Origin: Promethearchaeia archaeon
GTDB lineage: Archaea > Asgardarchaeota > Lokiarchaeia > Sigyniarchaeales > SOKP01
Assembly (NCBI GenBank): GCA_029856125.1
Contig: JAHQWJ010000068.1
Span: forward strand, 1-33,372
Length of the DNA stretch: 33,372 nt
Direction: 5' to 3'
Below the pieces are notes generated by a model. The model did not search any database. It was not told the DNA's origin and was given only the letters and a program-made list of their open reading frames with translations. A program made the translations under genes and the position numbers. The stretch's first letter is position 1. Every line of letters begins with the position of its first letter. Below are positions 18,364 to 26,369 of the stretch, piece by piece.

Positions 18364-19470
18364 TTATTTTTTCGTATCTTTCTTTGTATATACTCTTTCT
18401 ACAAATGAATAAAGTTCTCTAGCTTTTTCGTCTTTCTCAAAATGTTCCCTTATAGGTAACAGAAGTTGATTTAGATATTTTATCACTGCTGGTTTTAAAT
18501 CGGGGGGATTTAGCTTACCTTTAGCGTAATCTTTTGCCATCTCTTCGTAGTTTTTGTATTCTATATTTCCTCCATACTTATCGGGTCTTTTTATTTCAAA
18601 CGTATCTATGAGCTCAAATATTATATATTTGCAATATTCTAATACAGGATTTTCAACTATTTCTTTTGGAGGGCAATACGCCTTATTAATCTTACGTTTT
18701 ACATCTGTGGGATTATCTAACATAAAAATAGCTGAGTCTGGGTCTGATTTTGACATTTTGAGTTTTACAGTTCTATCAATTCCCGTCAAATTAGTATCGG
18801 GTGGTTTTCCTAATCCCATTAACATATGATGGCTAAGTGAAATTGGTTTTGGTTTATTTATCTTTGGTGCAACCTCTCTCGCCAACATATTTACTTTACG
18901 TTGATCTAATCCCAATTGACAAATATTACCGGGAAGATAAAAAATATCTGCTGCCTGCATTAAAGGATACATTATTTGAGAAGCTGTTAATGCATCGCCG
19001 TCGTCTCTTCCCATGATTTGGGTACATCTTTTTACTCTATTTAAAGAACTGTTGATTGCTATATTTAAAACTAATTCCCAGTAGGCAGGATCTTTCACTA
19101 ATTCTGAAGCATAAATAAATTCTACTTTACTTAGGTCCATGTTGCAGACTTTCCAAACTTCAATGAAAAAATCGCCAACTTTCTTAATTACATCTAAATC
19201 TCCACCAAATTTATGGTTCGCAGCTGCGTGCCAATCTGCAACTAGAAACTTAAATCTAACACCCGCTTTAGTTATCTTATTTACATTAATCGCCCTTAAA
19301 AGACCTTGAGCGATATGAATATTCCCCGATGGTTCAAAACCATCGTATGCGTAAACTCTTTCGTTATTATCGTCTTTCCATTTAAGTAATTGTCTTAATT
19401 CGTCTACACTTATTATTTCTTCTCCTACTTCTTTTAATAACGAAATTCTCTCATCTATAGTTAAGGTCAT
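18364..19470 (-). CDS. tyrS: Tyrosine--tRNA ligase (archaeal/eukaryotic type)
   Basis: AYDGFEPSGNIHIAQG (HIGH variant), ADWHA, YPLMQAADIF, GLDQRKVN and KMSKS. AGGTG SD before ATG 19470; the ORF track starts at GTG 19476. Confidence 0.96.
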   Translation of the reverse strand: MTLTIDERISLLKEVGEEIISVDELRQLLKWKDDNNERVYAYDGFEPSGNIHIAQGLLRAINVNKITKAGVRFKFLVADWHAAANHKFGGDLDVIKKVGDFFIEVWKVCNMDLSKVEFIYASELVKDPAYWELVLNIAINSSLNRVKRCTQIMGRDDGDALTASQIMYPLMQAADIFYLPGNICQLGLDQRKVNMLAREVAPKINKPKPISLSHHMLMGLGKPPDTNLTGIDRTVKLKMSKSDPDSAIFMLDNPTDVKRKINKAYCPPKEIVENPVLEYCKYIIFELIDTFEIKRPDKYGGNIEYKNYEEMAKDYAKGKLNPPDLKPAVIKYLNQLLLPIREHFEKDEKARELYSFVERVYTKKDTKK

Positions 19471-19635
19471 TTTCACACCTACAAGTTATATTGTATCTTA
19501 ATCAATCATTAAGATATATTTTTTATGGAACAATTGCGTAAAATTATGTTATCAGTTTAATTTTAAAACAAATAGGAATTAGAAATTATAAAAATGAATT
19601 CATAGTAATGAAGAATAAAGTACATCCCATAAATT

Positions 19636-20301
19636 CTAATTTTTCTGTATAATATAAATGATTACAAATTTACCTGGGATGGTTTCTACTGATAGATTAC
19701 TAGTTTTTAAGTAATTCCTCGGGTCTACGTAATCAATTTCATAACCATAAGTTTTATTCTCATATTCAATGGTTTCTTTACTCCATTCTATCACACATAT
19801 TACCCCATCAGGAGCTAAAACCCGCAAACATTCTTTTAGAGCAATGCCTCTATTATTAACATGCTGTAAAGTATCATACATAAATATTCCATCAAATGAC
19901 TCACTAACAAAGGGCAGTTTTTCAACATTGAAATGTTGATATTTAATCCTATTTAATACACCCAGTTTTTTAGCAGACACTTTCCAATCTCCCCAATGTT
20001 CCCAATTTTCCTTCACAGTGTCTTCATGATGTCCCTCATGACATGCCTTGTTATAGTTTCCATGGTTATGGCTGTGATTTTGGCTATTCGAGTGATCTTT
20101 TTCTAGGTTTATCTTGGGTTCTCCAGTTAAAACATTCAAATTATTGAGCGCAAGTAATATTGACATAGCTCCAATCCCGGTGCCAATATCAATTATCCTA
20201 GAATCAGGTTGCAAGTGTAATTTTTTAATGGCTTTATCGATAAAATCAATATCTTTAAGAAAATCTTTATGAATGACTTCTTTGTATTTTTTTAAAGTCA
20301 T
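19636..20301 (-). CDS. Class I SAM-dependent methyltransferase with His-rich insertion
   Basis: IIDIGTGIG, NVEKLPFVSESFDGIF, LQHV and ECLRVLAPDG motifs. Confidence 0.88.
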   Translation of the reverse strand: MTLKKYKEVIHKDFLKDIDFIDKAIKKLHLQPDSRIIDIGTGIGAMSILLALNNLNVLTGEPKINLEKDHSNSQNHSHNHGNYNKACHEGHHEDTVKENWEHWGDWKVSAKKLGVLNRIKYQHFNVEKLPFVSESFDGIFMYDTLQHVNNRGIALKECLRVLAPDGVICVIEWSKETIEYENKTYGYEIDYVDPRNYLKTSNLSVETIPGKFVIIYIIQKN

Positions 20302-20368
20302 ATTATATTCAAAGTAAGGTTTAATGTTTAATAATAGGAAGATAAATAGAAGAAAGAGTTATTAGTTC

Positions 20369-23068
20369 TTATAATTCCTTATTTTTTTCTTTAATTACGG
20401 CTTGTGCTGCTGATATTCTCGCAACAGGTATCCTAAATGGTGAACATGACACATAATTTAAACCAATCCTGTGAAAGAACTCTACGCTTTTTGGCTCGCC
20501 ACCATGCTCCCCGCATATTCCGATTTTTAAATCGGGTCTAGTCTCCCTCCCCAATTTGACAGCTATTTGCATTAATTTTCCTACTCCATCTTGATCAAGT
20601 GTTTCAAACGGATTTCGCTCAAGAATTTCCTTATTCAAATAAACTGGAATGAACTTACCTTCAGCGTCGTCTCGACTGAAACCAAATGTCATTTGCGTTA
20701 AATCGTTAGTTCCAAAGGAGAAAAATTCCGCTTCCATAGCAATCTCGTCTGCGGTGAGAGCTGCCCTCGGAATTTCAATCATCGTTCCAAACTTGTACTT
20801 TAAATCCACGCCGTAATCTTTAATTGTCTCTTCTGCTATTTCAAGTAATTGAGCTTTCACGTACTGAAGTTCTGATATCATGCCAATAAGGGGGATCATT
20901 ACTTCAGGTTTGACCTCAATGCCTTGAAGTTTGAGTTCGCAAGCTGCTTGAAAAATAGCCTTAACTTGCATTTCGTTGATTTCTGGCCAGACAATTCCAA
21001 GACGGCAACCTCTAAGACCCATCATGGGATTTTCCTCCGATAAGGAGCGGATTAATTTGATAACTTTCTTCTTCGTTTTTATTTCTTTATCAAGAGGGCT
21101 TGTTTCTAGTAGAGATTTTGATAGAGAATTAGTCATTTTCAATTCTTGATACTCTAATAAAACGGTGGATAATTCGGGCAAGAACTCATGCAAAGGGGGA
21201 TCAAGTAACCGAATTGTCACTGGTTTACCTTCCATAATTTTAAAGATTTCTAAGAAATCTCCTTTTTGCATTGGCAAAATTTTATTTAATGCGTCTTGAC
21301 GTTCTTCCATGGTTTGAGCCATTATCATCTTCTGAACAACAGGTAATCTCTCTTGTGACATGAACATATGTTCCGTTCTCGTTAATCCTATACCTTCGGC
21401 GCCGAATTCTAACGCTTTCTTAGCGTCTATAGGAGTATCGGCATTTGCTCGAACACCCATGGTTCGAACTTCGTCAGCGATTTCTAATAATTCTAAGAAT
21501 TCACCCTTTATCTCGGGTTCTATTAATGGAACTATTCCTTCTATTACGCGTCCCGTTGTTCCATCAATTGTAATATATTTGCCTTCTTTAATAGTAGTCT
21601 CTGCAACCTTAAATTCTCTAGCTTCCTCATCAATTTCAATATCTTGAGCTCCAACAATTGCTGGTTTACCCATTCCTCTTGCAACAACGGCGGCATGAGA
21701 TGTTTTTCCTCCAAATTGAGTCAAAACGCCACTAGATGCATATAAACCGTGAACATCCTCAGGTTTAGTTTGAGGTCGTACTAAAATTATCTCTTTTTCT
21801 TGAGAATTAGCCAACTCTTCAGCGCGATCAGAATCAAATATAGCGATCCCAGACACAGCACCTGGTGAAGCGTTAATTCCTTTTGCTAAAACACGCACTA
21901 TAGCATTCTCATCTATGCTTTTAAATAGAAGTTTCGATATTTTATTTGGATCGATACTCATAATTGCTTGTTCCCGAGTTATTAAACCTTCTTTAACCAT
22001 ATCTACTGCGATTTTAACTGCTGCTGAAGGCGTGCGTTTTCCATTTCTAGTTTGTAGTATGTAAAGGACTCCATTTTCTATTGTGAACTCAATATCTTGC
22101 CTATCTTTATAGTGGTTTTCGAGTTTAACCATTGTTTGCTTCAAATCTTTATAAATTTCTGGAAATTCTTTGGCAAGTTCTTCAAGCTTCTTAGGGGTTC
22201 GAATTCCTGCGACTACATCTTCTCCCTGTGCATTGGTTAAATATTCTCCAAACTTTATATTATCTCCATTGGAAGGATCCCGCGTAAATGCAACTCCTGT
22301 GGCGGAATTCTCTCCTTTATTTCCAAATACCATAGCTTGTATATTAACGGCTGTTCCTAAATTAGGAATATTAGAAATCTTTCGATATGTAATTGCTCGC
22401 TTATTGTTCCAAGATTTAAATACTGCTTCTATTGATATAAATAGCTGTTTAAAGGGATCTTGTGGGAATCGTGAACCAATTTCCTTTTCGTATAAGGCTT
22501 TATAATCAGTAATCACTTTTTGTAAATCCTTGTCTTTTAAATCTGTATCTTGAGCAGTTCTAGAGATCGCACGCTTATATTTATCAAGTATTCTTTCAAA
22601 TTTCTCATCCCCGATCCCCATGCAAACGTCACCAAACATTTGAATAAATCGTCTCCAAGAATCATAGGCAAATCGCGTATTACCTGTCAGTTTTGCCATT
22701 CCTTTAATGGATTCATCGTTTAACCCTAGATTTAAAACGGTGTCCATCATGCCCGGCATTGAAAAGGGCGCCCCGCTTCTTATGCTTAACAATAACGGAT
22801 TATTCTTATCGCCAAAAATCTTTCCCGTGGCTTTTTCTAGGCTTTTCAAATGTTCTAAAACCATAGGCTTAATTTGTGCCATTATTTTTTCAGGATCTTT
22901 AAAATAAAGCAAGCAAGCTTCTGTGGTTATAGTAAAACCCGGAGGAATATTTAACCCCAAATGAGTCATTTCTCCGAGATTTGCACCTTTTCCTCCAAGT
23001 AAGTTCTTTAACTCTTTTCTACCTTCGCTAAAATCGTAGATATACTTGGGTGTATCAGTAGAGGTCAT
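20369..23068 (-). CDS. ppdK: Pyruvate, phosphate dikinase
   Basis: LGGKGANLGEM, RSGAPFSMPGMMDT, AQGEDVVAG, GGKTSHAAVVARG (catalytic His), GTMIEIPRA, FSFGTNDLTQ and GICGEHGG. Confidence 0.98.
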   Translation of the reverse strand: MTSTDTPKYIYDFSEGRKELKNLLGGKGANLGEMTHLGLNIPPGFTITTEACLLYFKDPEKIMAQIKPMVLEHLKSLEKATGKIFGDKNNPLLLSIRSGAPFSMPGMMDTVLNLGLNDESIKGMAKLTGNTRFAYDSWRRFIQMFGDVCMGIGDEKFERILDKYKRAISRTAQDTDLKDKDLQKVITDYKALYEKEIGSRFPQDPFKQLFISIEAVFKSWNNKRAITYRKISNIPNLGTAVNIQAMVFGNKGENSATGVAFTRDPSNGDNIKFGEYLTNAQGEDVVAGIRTPKKLEELAKEFPEIYKDLKQTMVKLENHYKDRQDIEFTIENGVLYILQTRNGKRTPSAAVKIAVDMVKEGLITREQAIMSIDPNKISKLLFKSIDENAIVRVLAKGINASPGAVSGIAIFDSDRAEELANSQEKEIILVRPQTKPEDVHGLYASSGVLTQFGGKTSHAAVVARGMGKPAIVGAQDIEIDEEAREFKVAETTIKEGKYITIDGTTGRVIEGIVPLIEPEIKGEFLELLEIADEVRTMGVRANADTPIDAKKALEFGAEGIGLTRTEHMFMSQERLPVVQKMIMAQTMEERQDALNKILPMQKGDFLEIFKIMEGKPVTIRLLDPPLHEFLPELSTVLLEYQELKMTNSLSKSLLETSPLDKEIKTKKKVIKLIRSLSEENPMMGLRGCRLGIVWPEINEMQVKAIFQAACELKLQGIEVKPEVMIPLIGMISELQYVKAQLLEIAEETIKDYGVDLKYKFGTMIEIPRAALTADEIAMEAEFFSFGTNDLTQMTFGFSRDDAEGKFIPVYLNKEILERNPFETLDQDGVGKLMQIAVKLGRETRPDLKIGICGEHGGEPKSVEFFHRIGLNYVSCSPFRIPVARISAAQAVIKEKNKEL

Positions 23069-23219
23069 AATTCAATTCACAATTTAGTATAATATGATAA
23101 ATTTTTTATTTACATCATTCCGCTTTTTCGTTGAATAATGATATTGTACTATAATTTCTCTTCTGAAATAAAATTATCTATATATAGAAAGGTTTGGAGA
23201 TATAAGGAAGGATGATTCT

Positions 23220-24023
23220 TTAAGAGAAAATCTCCAAAACATCCCAGATACCATTGATTATAAAATCAGGTCTTTCTGATTTGCTTTTATTAATCATTTC
23301 TAAAGTTGTCTCTCCAGAAAGCACGCAACAAGTAGTAACTCCAGCGTCTAGTCCCATCTTTATATCTGTGTACAATCTATCTCCAAACATCACTGCATCT
23401 TGAGGCTTTACTTTGATTTCTTTAAGTTTAAACAAGAGCATTTCTTTGTTTGGTTTTCCAAAAACAACTGGCATTCTTTCTGTTGTTTTATATAAGAGGG
23501 CGGCAATACCTCCAGCATCAGGTATAAATCCATCCTCTGTAGGACATTTATCGTCCAAATGAGTGGCGATATAAGGAAGACCTTTTTGGAGTAAATATGA
23601 TGCCTTTGTCAACCGATTATAGGTTAATTCTTGATCAAAAGCGAGAACAATAATTTCTGGGTTACTCTCGCTTAAAATGAACCCTTCTCCAATAAACTCT
23701 TTTTTAAGAGACTCATTTCCTAGTAAAAAAACAGTATTATAGTTATTTTGCTTTAGATAACTGATGGTAGGATGTTGAGAGAGTATTACATTCTCTCGGG
23801 TTGCATTCAAGTTTAATTTATTTAATTTCTTAAGGTAATCAGAGGTTGATTTGCTTGAATTGTTTGAAAGAAAAAAGTAACGTTTCCCTTGCTCTTTAAG
23901 AGCTTTTAGTAGTTCAATCACACCATCAAAAAGTTTATTACCTAAATAAAGTGTCCCATCCAAATCAAAGAAAAATACTTCTTTTCTTTTTAATTCAGTG
24001 ATACTTCTATTTACGGAGCTCAT
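23220..24023 (-). CDS. HAD-IIA family hydrolase (NagD-like)
   Basis: FDLDGTLY, LSNNSSK, GKP, GDRLYTDI and VLSGET motifs. Confidence 0.93.
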   Translation of the reverse strand: MSSVNRSITELKRKEVFFFDLDGTLYLGNKLFDGVIELLKALKEQGKRYFFLSNNSSKSTSDYLKKLNKLNLNATRENVILSQHPTISYLKQNNYNTVFLLGNESLKKEFIGEGFILSESNPEIIVLAFDQELTYNRLTKASYLLQKGLPYIATHLDDKCPTEDGFIPDAGGIAALLYKTTERMPVVFGKPNKEMLLFKLKEIKVKPQDAVMFGDRLYTDIKMGLDAGVTTCCVLSGETTLEMINKSKSERPDFIINGIWDVLEIFS

Positions 24024-24107
24024 ATAAAATACTCAAAGAATTTCTAAGGAGAATTTGACAAATAACTTAAATTAATAAGTTAACCGTTTTAAATAAATTA
24101 GATCTTT

Positions 24108-24794
24108 CTAATTACGATAAGGAACTGTTTGTATTTTCTCATCACATAATGTTAGCCAAGCTTTATATTTAAAAGTATATTTACCTTTAACTAATGGGCT
24201 ATAACCCGTTACTTCTTCAAATAGAATTCGTTTTATCTCAGAATCTATTTGTTTGTACCACATATTACTAGATCTCCTATCTACCAATATGCAAAGTGTT
24301 ATTAATGAAATAACTACAACCAGAATTATTACAAATGTCTGCAAAGAAGTTAAGAACATGCTAGAATAAATAGTAATTATAATGATTGGAACAAGACTGA
24401 AATAACAATAAATGCAATAATCACCCATATCACTGATAAAAGATTGTGTTTTTCCTATGCTGTTATTATTTTCGGTTATTGTAAGTAATAGCCATTTTCG
24501 ATAACCGGTCTTTAACTTCCTTTTTCTAGATGCTTCTAAACCAGTCTCCTCGTAATATTTCTTTTGATTTAACTTTGTATCTGCTATAGTACAAATCTTT
24601 TTTTCTTTGAGTTCTAAATAGAGAAGTAAAGAGAATATACAGCTAATGATACTAGCTACATATGTAAGTGGATGAATATCAAATCGTTTTTCGAGAAATA
24701 CTATTACAAACGCGAAGATAAGTGTGAAACAGATATAAGAGAAGATTTTTTTTAGTTTTGATTTAAAGAATAATCTTAAAAATAATCGAAGCAT
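24108..24794 (-). CDS. Hypothetical 4-TM membrane protein with internal duplication
   Basis: 228-aa ORF; two pairs of hydrophobic helices, each followed by an ExTG...YxxWL motif. Confidence 0.7.
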   Translation of the reverse strand: MLRLFLRLFFKSKLKKIFSYICFTLIFAFVIVFLEKRFDIHPLTYVASIISCIFSLLLYLELKEKKICTIADTKLNQKKYYEETGLEASRKRKLKTGYRKWLLLTITENNNSIGKTQSFISDMGDYCIYCYFSLVPIIIITIYSSMFLTSLQTFVIILVVVISLITLCILVDRRSSNMWYKQIDSEIKRILFEEVTGYSPLVKGKYTFKYKAWLTLCDEKIQTVPYRN

Positions 24795-24860
24795 TTTTTC
24801 TTGTTTATTTCTTCTATATTGCTGGTTTAAAGTAAAGAAAAAAAAGTAAAAATTTAAGAA

Positions 24861-24890
24861 TTTTGGTTTTGGTTTTGGTTTTTTTTTTTT
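24861..24890. repeat. Simple sequence repeat (TTTTGG)3 followed by T12
   Basis: Sequence reads ttttggttttggttttggtttttttttttt. Confidence 0.85.
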
Positions 24891-24915
24891 GAAAGCAGTG
24901 AATTTTATATAGCGA

Positions 24916-26367
24916 TTATGGTTTTGCTTGCTCTACTTCTGTTCCGCACCATTTACAAAATTTATCGTCCTGTGTTAATTTACTACGACAAAATGAACAT
25001 GTTTTCGACTTTATCGGAGTTATTATGGTTGATTCCTTAGTGCTCCTTCCTTCAATTTTACCTCCACAACTCGGACAAAAGTGAGCGTCAGGTCGGAGAG
25101 AATTTCCACAACGAATGCAGTTAGTATCTACTTTACTAGGTTTTTTTATAGCTGATTTTGCGGGAGCTACTTTAGACGATGGTTTTGCTTTTAATTTCTT
25201 CTGTCCTCTTCTGGCCAAGAGAGCAACAACAATCACGATTCCAACAACAACTATGAGAACAATTAATATAGGTTGAATATCTATCCATCGATCAATAGAG
25301 GTAATTCCCGTATCGTAGGTCACATCAAAAGTAATTGTAGTTGATTCTTCTGGAGAAAGCATCGGGTCAAAATATACGAAGAAATACCACGTTCCATCAC
25401 TTGTAACGGTAAATGTATTTTCAGGGATTGAATCCGCTCCTTCAATATAAAAATCTGCGGCTGATAAGTCAATCACATTCGCAGCAGAATAGTCAATTGT
25501 AAAATTAACTACGACTGTGGATACTCCTTCGTTGTACCACACAACGTAATAATCTTTCGCGGAATCCACATTATGTACTCCAGTATCTGATAACACATCG
25601 TTTTCATCGATATAAAATGAAGGACTACCACCTTGATTCCACTCGTAAAGAGCTTGGCCGCTTGCTATAAAGAAATCAACTTGCCCTGATGCGTTAAAAT
25701 CGTAATTTATTGTTGATCCTGGTTTTAAATAATATCCAACGTATTCGTATTGATTTTGCAGAAGATTAAGCTGATCAGAATCGCTCCCAACTTTCGTAGT
25801 AGTAGGTAAGGACTCAAAAGGTCGATCCCAGATAGCAAAGCTAATTAAGCTATGTGAGGATTGTATGGAATATGTTATGTCATTCCCACCATTTATATCT
25901 TCGTATTCGTACCAATATTCGTTAAAGTATAGGGTTTCAGTCGAGCGATAATTCACAGTACCATTTGCATCTACATTGCTAAAAGGAAACCACATCGCAA
26001 CTCCAAAAAGAGGTAGCAATATTAGTCCTAAGACGATTGCTATCGTTATTCCACCTCCAACATAGACAGGGGAATAGTACCACGGTCTATACCACCGTCC
26101 AGCCCACCAGGGGTTATACCACCAGTGTCTATACCACGGATACCCATACCCGTAGTACCTCCTTCGAGGTCTATAGTACGAGTGACGGTAGGGTCCACTT
26201 GGTGCTCTTGAGGTTACTCGCCTTGCTCCAGTTCTTCCAAAGGGCGTTCCTGAAGATCTTGTACCACCCATTCGGAATGCTGCTGAGCCTCCGCGAAAGC
26301 CTCCTCCGCGAAATCCACCCCCACTAAACCCTCCGCCTCTAAAACCACCGCCACCACCGCGAGGCAC
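24916..26367 (-). CDS. Uncharacterised two-TM protein: RGG/aromatic low-complexity N-terminus, beta-rich ectodomain, two C-terminal zinc ribbons
   Basis: G3FR repeats at aa 1-35; Y/W/R/P-rich aa 60-103; TM about aa 105-128; acidic beta-rich aa 130-362; TM about aa 365-385; two CxxC-x10-CxxC motifs at aa 417-474. GTG start with GAGGTG SD inside the upstream gene. Confidence 0.85.
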   Translation of the reverse strand: MPRGGGGGFRGGGFSGGGFRGGGFRGGSAAFRMGGTRSSGTPFGRTGARRVTSRAPSGPYRHSYYRPRRRYYGYGYPWYRHWWYNPWWAGRWYRPWYYSPVYVGGGITIAIVLGLILLPLFGVAMWFPFSNVDANGTVNYRSTETLYFNEYWYEYEDINGGNDITYSIQSSHSLISFAIWDRPFESLPTTTKVGSDSDQLNLLQNQYEYVGYYLKPGSTINYDFNASGQVDFFIASGQALYEWNQGGSPSFYIDENDVLSDTGVHNVDSAKDYYVVWYNEGVSTVVVNFTIDYSAANVIDLSAADFYIEGADSIPENTFTVTSDGTWYFFVYFDPMLSPEESTTITFDVTYDTGITSIDRWIDIQPILIVLIVVVGIVIVVALLARRGQKKLKAKPSSKVAPAKSAIKKPSKVDTNCIRCGNSLRPDAHFCPSCGGKIEGRSTKESTIITPIKSKTCSFCRSKLTQDDKFCKWCGTEVEQAKP

Positions 26368-26369
26368 TT

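Noticed and set aside
24861-24890. TTTTGG repeats as a telomere-like sequence
   Set aside because: Only three units, internal to a prokaryotic gene-dense region; treated as a simple repeat.
24795-24932. Programmed frameshift fusing the RGG protein to the downstream membrane protein
   Set aside because: The downstream frame is open across the spacer, but the overlap with the upstream gene is only about 5 codons, the A12 run lies after the upstream stop, and the spacer translation is low-complexity.
24943-25119. Eight Cys residues as a RING finger
   Set aside because: The spacing is two separate CxxC-x10-CxxC zinc ribbons with FCxxCG endings, not a cross-brace RING pattern.
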